64,000 bases of DNA, taken from contig CBDDDZ010000005.1 in the NCBI GenBank assembly GCA_965226795.1, positions 640,001-704,000 on the forward strand, read 5' to 3'. Below are positions 21,308 to 28,940 of this stretch, piece after piece; the first letter of the stretch is position 1; the number at the start of each line of letters is the position of its first letter. The DNA is from Candidatus Latescibacterota bacterium. GTDB lineage: Bacteria; Latescibacterota; UBA2968; GCA-2709665. Made by a program: the position numbers and the translations under genes. Under the pieces are notes generated by a model that saw only the letters and a list, made by a program, of their open reading frames with translations, did not search any database and was not told the origin of the DNA.

Positions 21308-21862
21308 TCATCTCTTTTTACCTAATTCTTCCAATGACATCTCATCGATCTCCTTCGAAATCAGTACCTGTATTCTGAATTTCCTTTTGTACCGCAGGAA
21401 CTTGGCATTCGGTATCTGCGCTGTATTACCCATACAAACAATGTATTTGTCCTGTATATTCTGGATTTTTTCGTTCGCCACATCAATTGAATGCTGATCG
21501 ATACACTTATCAAGAAAATCAGCTTCTCTAATCAAACCTCCCCATATTGCTACCGCCGACTCGTGACGAGCCACCTTCTCCGTCCATTTGAAAACGGTGC
21601 TGTCCAACGCCTGAACAATCGCTGTTAAAAGAGGTAACAGAAAAATGAGTGACAGAATCATATCGCCTGTCCATACACGTCGAAAATGGAATCCGATTAA
21701 CGCAGTGGAAACTAAGGATAACAATACAACGGAGAATTCTTTGCTACTACGAAAATTGTTATATCGTTCCTTTAGCTCTGCGTGACAGAATCGGCACAAT
21801 TCTGCTTTCTTTCTCAGTTTCTTGAGAACATCCCGACTTAAATTCACGCTGTTATTTGACAT
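21308..21862 (-). CDS. SLATT-like two-transmembrane protein, putative CBASS effector
   Basis: Basic N-terminal helix, two hydrophobic segments, helical tail. Overlaps the end of the AAA gene; last gene of the operon. Confidence 0.7.
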   Translation of the reverse strand: MSNNSVNLSRDVLKKLRKKAELCRFCHAELKERYNNFRSSKEFSVVLLSLVSTALIGFHFRRVWTGDMILSLIFLLPLLTAIVQALDSTVFKWTEKVARHESAVAIWGGLIREADFLDKCIDQHSIDVANEKIQNIQDKYIVCMGNTAQIPNAKFLRYKRKFRIQVLISKEIDEMSLEELGKKR

Positions 21863-22757
21863 TTTCGTCGATCCGCGGGCTTGGTTTCACGATTGACACA
21901 GTTTCCTTAAGTAATTTGAAAGTCAATGCACGGTCCGGAAAGGCCTGGGAAAGAGCTTCTGGATAAAATCGTAACCGAAAATCGGAGTATGAATATCCAC
22001 TTTCTCCATACAATCCCCTAGTCGAGGTGAGAGACGCTAATTCGCATAGCTCTTTAGGTGCCAGTTCTATTCCTTGAAGATCCTTCTTCAGCAGTTCTAA
22101 ACTCTCGTCTCTAGTCGGTCGAGAAAACTCCATGTGTAATGCAGCACGTCTAACAACCGCTTGATCGATAACATCTGCTCTATTGGTACACAGAAATACA
22201 ACGGCTCGACCGCCCACTTGGCGAATCTCATCGATTTTTTGTATCAAAGTGTTAACGGCAGCCTTTTCTTCCTGGTGCATTTGTTCTGTGGACCGAAGCG
22301 ATGCAATCGAATCTGCCTCGTCTATCAGCAAAAAGGACAGACGCTTCTTGCCCGCTTGAGTTTTCAGATTTTCGAAGGCCTCCTGGATGAGTTGGCTCAT
22401 CTCTCCATGAAGACCCTTACCTCTCACCCGGGTGCTAAGTTTGAGCAGAAAACCTTCTTTGTGCATCTCTCTCGTCAACCGGTCAGCGGTACACTCGGCC
22501 GTAACAGTTTTTCCGGTCCCAACATCGCCACTGAAAAGAAAAAGCGGATATCTTTGTCGAATAACGTTACATAAGGGAATAATTCGTCCGTAGTACTTCT
22601 TGCTCCATTCATCTATTTGATCGGGCATTAACATTGTGATGAGCTGATTTTTCAGTGTTTCATAACGTCTCTCGAATCCAACAAGTGTTTCAGCGATATC
22701 TTTCAAATCATTTGATGGTAGGTCTCGTACTGTGTCAAACGTATTTTGTGTCATCAT
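21852..22757 (-). CDS. cap6: CBASS TRIP13/Pch2-like AAA+ ATPase (Cap6)
   Basis: Walker A GDVGTGKT, RVRG.GLHGEMS, Walker B IDEAD, CTNR, D.AV.RRA; adjacent to HORMA. Confidence 0.88.
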   Translation of the reverse strand: MMTQNTFDTVRDLPSNDLKDIAETLVGFERRYETLKNQLITMLMPDQIDEWSKKYYGRIIPLCNVIRQRYPLFLFSGDVGTGKTVTAECTADRLTREMHKEGFLLKLSTRVRGKGLHGEMSQLIQEAFENLKTQAGKKRLSFLLIDEADSIASLRSTEQMHQEEKAAVNTLIQKIDEIRQVGGRAVVFLCTNRADVIDQAVVRRAALHMEFSRPTRDESLELLKKDLQGIELAPKELCELASLTSTRGLYGESGYSYSDFRLRFYPEALSQAFPDRALTFKLLKETVSIVKPSPRIDENVK

Positions 22758-22767
22758 CTCGCCCCGT

Positions 22768-23250
22768 TTAGTTCACAAATGTATCCCTGCGTAATCCGTA
22801 GGTACTGCTGGAATAGAGTCTGCCGTCGTCGTTTTGCATTTCCGAGTAATCGGTCGACAAGGATGACGGACTCCAACCTAGTTTTAACTTGCCTGAACTC
22901 TTGAGCTCTTCCGCCGTTTGACGATCAGAGTATTCAACTATCACGCATAGGCTGCCGTCCGGTAAGCATGGCCACCGATTGTCTCCCGGCCTTTCGGATT
23001 CCGACACAATGTCTTCTTTCACGGAATATCGATGAACCTTAGTGAGATTTTCCGTAGCGTCATACAATTGTAGGTGGACGCGCGTCAAACACTGTTCTTG
23101 TGCCATTAAACAGACATCATAAGCACACTTCTCTGCATGATCTAATTCCATTGCTTGTGTCCTTACAGCAAGCATTCGCAGGTCTGCCTGAAAGTTTTCG
23201 AAAACTTTACGGATATCTGTTCTGGTATATGTTCGCGTAATGGTGTTCAT
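22768..23250 (-). CDS. Bacterial HORMA-domain protein (Cap7-like)
   Basis: T.TYT.TDI.KVF..F.ADL N-terminus and YSS..YGL.R C-terminus; lies between the CD-NTase and the AAA+. Confidence 0.82.
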   Translation of the reverse strand: MNTITRTYTRTDIRKVFENFQADLRMLAVRTQAMELDHAEKCAYDVCLMAQEQCLTRVHLQLYDATENLTKVHRYSVKEDIVSESERPGDNRWPCLPDGSLCVIVEYSDRQTAEELKSSGKLKLGWSPSSLSTDYSEMQNDDGRLYSSSTYGLRRDTFVN

Positions 23251-23255
23251 TAGTA

Positions 23256-24206
23256 TTACTCCTCCTTAATATTGAAACTTGGTCCGAAAACTTCCTTCCA
23301 CAACTCCAATGTTTTTCCAGTCTCTTGCACCGCTTGTGCATAGGAAATCGTCTCAAAGCTTTGTTCGGTCATGTCAACAATCTCGTTCCACTCCCTATCA
23401 GACATCCTGATTGTATTGTTTTCGTTGTTGGTTGGATCCGCTATCCACGGGGCATTGCCGTCTCGTGGCCCAATAGCGCCCGAGAAATACACTTTAGCGG
23501 GATTACCGTTACCGAAGAACTCGAAGAAATTGATAATCGCCTGATTTATCGAAGATCCAGATACTACTCGCCCTTCCGCAACCAAATTGGCCACGGCCAA
23601 TTCAATGGAAAAGGAGGAAAGTTCCAATTCTTGGTAGTTTCTCCAGCTTTTTATTATACGGACGATAGAAGTGAAATTGGGACACTTGCCCTTTATTTTT
23701 CTGGCAAAATCCAGTTGCTTGTCAACGCTCGTCTTAAACTCACCTGAATTGAGTTTCTTTCGAGGTTGCCTTCCGTAAGTCGTATTTCCTTTTTCGGGTA
23801 TAAATGGCACTATATCTACCTCAAGGCCAGTGCCTCTGAACACAACACCGATGGTTTTTTGGCCGTCGGTAAAATCGGATCTTTGTTTGTTCGGGTACGC
23901 TCTACATAGGACGTCAATTATACCCTCTCTAAGATCCTCGGCGTTGAACAAAGTATCTTCTTCTACGTTCAGGTAAAAAACCATGTCGATATCGAGTGGA
24001 TAGTCTCCTCGTGGTGCCAAGGCAGTGCCTTTCTTCCACGAGCCCGTCCTTAGCACCTTCGTTACCTTAGTGTTCTCCATTTCTTTTACTGCTTCGAGAA
24101 CGTTATCTTTCAAATTGTCGATTTGGTTGCCGTAAGTGGACTTTTTCTCTTGGGTGAGCTTTATCCGGTTTACGTAATTGTTCAGTTGCTTGTTTGTATA
24201 TTCCAC
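23256..24206 (-). CDS. cGAS/DncV-like nucleotidyltransferase (CD-NTase, CdnC-like)
   Basis: GSWKKGTAL...DID, EVDIVP, VRIIKSWR, SF.IEL and DPTN..N motifs. GTG start with AGGAGG. Confidence 0.9.
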   Translation of the reverse strand: MEYTNKQLNNYVNRIKLTQEKKSTYGNQIDNLKDNVLEAVKEMENTKVTKVLRTGSWKKGTALAPRGDYPLDIDMVFYLNVEEDTLFNAEDLREGIIDVLCRAYPNKQRSDFTDGQKTIGVVFRGTGLEVDIVPFIPEKGNTTYGRQPRKKLNSGEFKTSVDKQLDFARKIKGKCPNFTSIVRIIKSWRNYQELELSSFSIELAVANLVAEGRVVSGSSINQAIINFFEFFGNGNPAKVYFSGAIGPRDGNAPWIADPTNNENNTIRMSDREWNEIVDMTEQSFETISYAQAVQETGKTLELWKEVFGPSFNIKEE

Positions 24207-24526
24207 GTACCACCTCCTGTTGTATTCTAAAAAGCCCTAAAAGAAAAAAAGCTCGATTGCGACTCTGGATGTTGTCGTAACTCGTTGTTCTAAATTATGT
24301 TACGGTGGTGAATTGATGGGAGCACGGAACCATTAATTTCACTTCTGATTTTCGTAGTTTCCCGGTTGGAAACAAACACATCTTGAGTCACAACTGCAGG
24401 ACAATCTAACGGAAAAACCACCTTATATCAAGGAAAAAAAAGCAATTTTGCTTTGTATTAAAAATCAATAGCTGCGGTTTTGTGTCGCGTTTGAACGATA
24501 TATTGCACAAATTCGCTTTTTATTGA

Positions 24527-24556
24527 TTGACATCTGGGATTCAATATACCTATATT
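24527..24556 (+). promoter_or_regulatory. Sigma70-type promoter for the HTH/peptidase pair (probably leaderless)
   Basis: TTGACA (24527-24532), 18-bp spacer, TATATT (24551-24556), ATG at 24564, no RBS. Confidence 0.55.
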
Positions 24557-24563
24557 CTTACGT

Positions 24564-24944
24564 ATGCGACGCCGACCTGAATCAGAGCGACTCTACGAGA
24601 TTGTGGGGCAGAAGGTGGAACGTAGGCGGCGTGAGGCGAAGCTCACGCAAGCCCAGTTGGCGCGGCTATGTGGCCTCGCACGAGGTTCCATTGCCAACAT
24701 AGAAAGTGGCAACCAGCGTCCAACAATTCATACGCTTTGGGACCTCGCAGATGCGCTTGAGGTCGATATGCGCTCACTTCTGCCTTCACCTGAAGAATTT
24801 CTGACGGATGTGGTGAGTACCGAGAGATCGGTTATCACAGGTCGGTTAGAGAAGGCGGCGGGGGGGAGCCGAAACCAGGTAGCTATCTTTATCGCTAACA
24901 GCCGAGCGGAGGTCATGCCAGATGTCTCTAGAGAGGCTGGCTGA
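24564..24944 (+). CDS. XRE-family HTH repressor (CapH-like)
   Basis: LTQAQLA...GLARGSIANIESG.QRP; divergent from the CD-NTase. Confidence 0.88.
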   Translation: MRRRPESERLYEIVGQKVERRRREAKLTQAQLARLCGLARGSIANIESGNQRPTIHTLWDLADALEVDMRSLLPSPEEFLTDVVSTERSVITGRLEKAAGGSRNQVAIFIANSRAEVMPDVSREAG

Positions 24945-25425
24945 GGGGCTACTCGCAAATGCAGGCGTCAAATCCGCACCGATTCGGTTGGATCGCGTCG
25001 CCAAACATCTGGGCGTAAGGATCCAGAATGCCGACCTCGGTGAAGATTGTTCGGGGGTGCTCGTTCGCAATGGGAACCGTGCTGTTATTGGCGTCAATGA
25101 GGATCACCATTCGAATCGGCAGCGGTTTAGCATCGCGCACGAAATCGCCCATTTCGTTCTTCACAGCGGGGATACGTACATCGACAAAGGGTATCGTGTG
25201 CAATTCCGCGACCTTGAATCAGGCTCTGGGACGAAACGGGAAGAGATGGAGGCTAATGCGTTTGCTGCGGCATTGCTAATGCCTGCCGCCTGGCTGAGGG
25301 ATGCCTTCCTGCGGCAGCCCTTTGATTTGACCGAAGACGATGACTTGGAGATGCTTGCTGAGAAGTTCGAAGTGAGTACTCAAGCAATGACCTACCGACT
25401 AATGAAACTGCGAATGATCGGCTGA
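24922..25425 (+). CDS. ImmA/IrrE family metallopeptidase (CapP-like)
   Basis: RQRFSIAHEIAH (HExxH) and EMEANAFAAALLMP. Confidence 0.92.
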   Translation: MSLERLAEGLLANAGVKSAPIRLDRVAKHLGVRIQNADLGEDCSGVLVRNGNRAVIGVNEDHHSNRQRFSIAHEIAHFVLHSGDTYIDKGYRVQFRDLESGSGTKREEMEANAFAAALLMPAAWLRDAFLRQPFDLTEDDDLEMLAEKFEVSTQAMTYRLMKLRMIG

Positions 25426-25577
25426 AAACCCGCTTTCTCCCGCACTCTAATTCTTTTTTGTCACCCACGCACCAATTCACCGCCTGACTCTTCCCCGCAA
25501 ACCCTTCTACTGACAGCCATTTTTCCGATACCATTCAGGCATGTTGTTTGACTGGGATCTGGCATCTTCGGTTTTCT

Positions 25578-25603
25578 GTCCTGCTTATTCTGTTTATCCA
25601 TGT
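25578..25603 (-). repeat. Degenerate 26-nt repeat at the right edge of the AT-rich cargo; contains the hsdM-S stop codon
   Basis: GTCCTGCTTATTCTGTTTATCCATGT. Confidence 0.65.
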
Positions 25604-28155
25604 TTCCCTTCTCCCCAAACCCTCCCAATGGCCGCCTGAATCCTTTTGTCAAATCGCTGGATCAACGCCCGGTTTGAATCCACGATCGATTGTTCGAGTT
25701 CTATCGCTCTCACGACGGCTTCTTGTGATTGTAGTGGTGGTAGCGGAATTTTGAATTCTGCCAGTGACTTCAAATTTATCCCGGCTTGGCCAATCCACTT
25801 ATTCGCGCGCGCAACGAAAGCACCGTTGCGCCACGCTGAGTGAAGACTAATCGCCAAGAACCCGGCATCACAGCGCTCCCTTGCAGTTCTAATACGGGTC
25901 ATGTGATTAGAATACCCGCCTTGAATTCCTTTCGAAATTACGCACGTCTTACCGACCAGTTCTTTGCTATTCGTATTGTTAAATAGAATGTCGTCAGCCT
26001 TGAGTGAGTAGTGCTCCTTACCTTGATATTTATCCGCGGGCAGGTACTTCATTCCTTCCCAAACAAACTGACCATCCTTTCCTATGTTCATTGGGCGGAC
26101 GTGCGGAACGCCTTCCGAGTCGGTGCTCGTTTTTCCACAGGCAAAGCCAGCTCTGAGCTCTCGTGAGATCTCACCAATCGTCACCATCGGCCAATCGGGG
26201 TCGATGGGAATATGGGGCCGGTAGTTGTCGATCACCGCGCGCGCTCCGTCGATCACCCGCTGGTACCCCTCTATCTCCGCCACAATTTCCCGCTGCACCT
26301 CCAACGGCGGCACAGGGATTTGAATTTGCGCGACCGCGGATGGGTTTGCGCGAGAAAGCGAACCACCAACACCGGTTATTGTCTGCATAAACCGAACGTG
26401 GAAGGTGTCGGAAACGAGTACACGCTGTAGGAATTGGGGTATGATCTCATTGCTGGAGAAAACCAACCATTCCGTGGAGGCAATTTGACGCCTATTGTAG
26501 GGGTCTTCTTTGACAACCCAAGCACGGCGAATGTGTGGAATAATTCGTGACAACAAGACATCTTTAGGATATACGGACTTTTTTGCCGAGCCGATATCAC
26601 GACCTGGAAGTATTTCTGGTCTTCCAGCATCAAAAGCGGGGATACTCCACAACTCGAATATTTCGTCCGGTGTGTTTCGAGGGTCAATGCTCTTAACCTT
26701 TGGTCTCAGAAAACGGCCTACGGGCACGAGATCGTAGACTGTGTTTAAAGTCTCACTCTCCCTGTACCGCTCCCCGCTTAGGTTATACTCCCCACCTGCC
26801 GCGATTTTGGTTTTTTCTACTATGAGGGCCGCGCCTTGCCGAACGAGTTCCGCCAACATTGACGATCTGGGGGCGGGGGCCGCTTTGTCTTTATCCTGTT
26901 TATCCTGTCCATCCATGTTCCCAACGTTGTCCATGTATTCCTTGACGGCATGCTCTGTTCCGGGCAGGTCGTTCTTGTCTATAGGTCTGCGCTGGGCGCC
27001 GAGGTCGAAGCCGTCGTTTTCGACCTTGAAGAATGCGATGCGGTCGGTTCTTTTCGCCAGGGCTCTGTCGAGGATCAGGATGGATGTTTTGACACCCGAG
27101 TAGGGGTTGAACACGCCCGCGGGGAGGGAGACGACCGCGACGAGGTACTCCTCGATCAGCATTTTGCGCAGCTGTTTGTGGGCGTTCTGGCTTTGAAAGA
27201 TGATGCCCTCGGGTACAATAATTCCGGCGCGGCCGGCTGGCGTGAGATGCTCGGCCATGTAGTCCACGAACAACACTTCGCTGCGTTTGGATTTCATGGA
27301 AAAGCGGTTGTGCGGGCGGATGCCGCCCTTCGGCGACATGAACGGCGGATTGGCAAGAATGACGTCGGCGTACTCGTTCCAGCGGTCGTCGCTGGTCAGG
27401 GTATCGTATTCGATGATGTGCGGCTCCGGGAATCCGTGCAGGTACATGTTTACCAGCGACAGGCGGACCATATCCGGCGAGATGTCATAGCCCTGCAAGT
27501 TGGCCGTGAGTCTTTCTCGTTCGTCGGGTGTAAGCGTACTGTTTCCCTCGTCATCGGTATTGGCGGCGATTATATGCTTGTACGACGAAATTAGAAACCC
27601 GGCGGTGCCGCAGGCTGGGTCGAGGACGGTTTCGCTCTTCTTCGGGTCAAGGACCGCAACGATGAAGTCGATGATATGGCGTGGGGTCCGGAACTGCCCG
27701 GCGTCGCCCTGTGATCCGAGGACCGAGAGCAGGTATTCGAAGGCGTCGCCGAGCCGCTCGCTGTGGTCGTAGGTGAACTCGTCGATAATCTTAAGGAAAG
27801 CTCGGAGCGTCTCCGGGTCGCGATAGGGGAGATAGGCGTTGTTGAAGATGTCCCGGAAGAGTACCGGGATACCCGGGTTCTCCGGCATCCTGCCAATGGC
27901 CTCGGCATAGAGATTCAGCATCTCGTGCCCGCCCAGGCCTGAACGCATCAGCTTCGGCCAGCCAAAGCGGGCGAACTCACCGGCAAAGAATTTCCGCGTG
28001 CCACCGAGTTCCTCACTTTCCGCGTCCATGTCGTCCATGAACTTGTAAATCAACGCGATGGTAATCTGTTCGACCTGGCTCTTGGGGTCGGGCACCTTAC
28101 CGACCAGAATATCGCGGGCCGTATCTAACCGCCGTTTTGTCTCGCTATCGAGCAT
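25594..28155 (-). CDS. hsdM: Type I R-M N6-adenine methyltransferase fused to a two-TRD specificity subunit (HsdM-HsdS)
   Basis: GQFRTPRH, DPACGTAGFL and NPPF motifs, followed by two TRDs each ending IP(V/L)PPL..Q. Start taken at MLDSETK. Confidence 0.9.
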   Translation of the reverse strand: MLDSETKRRLDTARDILVGKVPDPKSQVEQITIALIYKFMDDMDAESEELGGTRKFFAGEFARFGWPKLMRSGLGGHEMLNLYAEAIGRMPENPGIPVLFRDIFNNAYLPYRDPETLRAFLKIIDEFTYDHSERLGDAFEYLLSVLGSQGDAGQFRTPRHIIDFIVAVLDPKKSETVLDPACGTAGFLISSYKHIIAANTDDEGNSTLTPDERERLTANLQGYDISPDMVRLSLVNMYLHGFPEPHIIEYDTLTSDDRWNEYADVILANPPFMSPKGGIRPHNRFSMKSKRSEVLFVDYMAEHLTPAGRAGIIVPEGIIFQSQNAHKQLRKMLIEEYLVAVVSLPAGVFNPYSGVKTSILILDRALAKRTDRIAFFKVENDGFDLGAQRRPIDKNDLPGTEHAVKEYMDNVGNMDGQDKQDKDKAAPAPRSSMLAELVRQGAALIVEKTKIAAGGEYNLSGERYRESETLNTVYDLVPVGRFLRPKVKSIDPRNTPDEIFELWSIPAFDAGRPEILPGRDIGSAKKSVYPKDVLLSRIIPHIRRAWVVKEDPYNRRQIASTEWLVFSSNEIIPQFLQRVLVSDTFHVRFMQTITGVGGSLSRANPSAVAQIQIPVPPLEVQREIVAEIEGYQRVIDGARAVIDNYRPHIPIDPDWPMVTIGEISRELRAGFACGKTSTDSEGVPHVRPMNIGKDGQFVWEGMKYLPADKYQGKEHYSLKADDILFNNTNSKELVGKTCVISKGIQGGYSNHMTRIRTARERCDAGFLAISLHSAWRNGAFVARANKWIGQAGINLKSLAEFKIPLPPLQSQEAVVRAIELEQSIVDSNRALIQRFDKRIQAAIGRVWGEGKHG
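26893..26918 (-). repeat. 26-nt repeat inside the hsdM-S coding sequence
   Basis: ATCCTGTTTATCCTGTCCATCCATGT, translated in frame as MDGQDKQD. Confidence 0.8.
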
Positions 28156-28170
28156 AAGAAACCCCAACTT

Positions 28171-28352
28171 ACATGGATGTACAGGATGCACAGGATAAAG
28201 ATCGATAGTTCACAAACTACCCATTATCGGGGATCTGACGAACCGGGGGCTTTTGCCTCTCTCGAACAGTGAAATACACAGTCGCCTTTTCGGGATACAT
28301 TGCCCGAACCGACTGGTTTTGGCCTTATCCTGCCTATCCTGTGTATCCATGT
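28171..28352. repeat. Inverted pair of the 26-nt repeat
   Basis: ACATGGATGTACAGGATGCACAGGAT (28171-28196) ... ATCCTGCCTATCCTGTGTATCCATGT (28327-28352). Confidence 0.8.
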
Positions 28353-28764
28353 TTAGTCTTGTTTTTTCGGTGTTCGCGTAAACCGCTTAAACTCCAATTT
28401 GGGCTTCCCGAAGTTGATCAGTAGCCCGACCTCGAATCCGGTTGCGTTCAGGTAGTTGATGATCTGGGCTTTCATGTTCGCGCGTAAGCGCCTTGACTGC
28501 TTTGAGTTCGACGATGACTTTGTCTTCGACCAGGATATCCGCGATAAAATCCCCGACGGGTCTGCCGCGAAAACGCACGGCGATCGGTTTTTGCATCTCG
28601 TGTGAAACACCCGCATCCGATAGCGCAACGGTCAGGGCCTTCTCATAGACCGATTCCAGGAACCCGCTTCCAAGTTCATTGATCACCTCCAACGCACAAC
28701 CGATAATCTTGCGGGTCAAACCGCCGTGCAATAGCCCGTGATCCTGTTTATCCTGTGCATCCAT
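28353..28764 (-). pseudogene. GxxExxY protein (PD-(D/E)XK nuclease-like), frameshifted at about 28470
   Basis: LGSGFLESVYEKAL and ADILVEDKVIVELK in one frame; AQIINYL.ATG..VGLLINFG in the next. Confidence 0.9.
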
Positions 28765-28936
28765 GTTGTCCTACCTTGCGAACTGGTACAGGAGTAACGA
28801 CGCAATCCTGTGGTTATTTCGTTGTTTTTGTTGGCTATAGACCCAGTAACTGGATGATTCCTTTTGTGTTTTTGTGCCTTTTGTGGCCATTTTGTTTCAA
28901 GAAGTCCCTGATCCTGTCTATCCTGTGCATCCATGT
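28741..28936 (-). repeat. Two direct copies of the 26-nt repeat (28741-28766, 28911-28936) plus a GCCACAAAAGGCACAAAAACACAAAA tract
   Basis: Read directly. The 28741-28766 copy provides the first in-frame ATG of the GxxExxY gene. Confidence 0.8.
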
Positions 28937-28940
28937 AGGC

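Noticed and set aside
28156..28191. N-terminal MHPVHPCK extension of HsdM, and short ORFs reading ILSILCIHV or MDGQDEQD
   Set aside because: These are translations of the non-coding 26-nt repeat.
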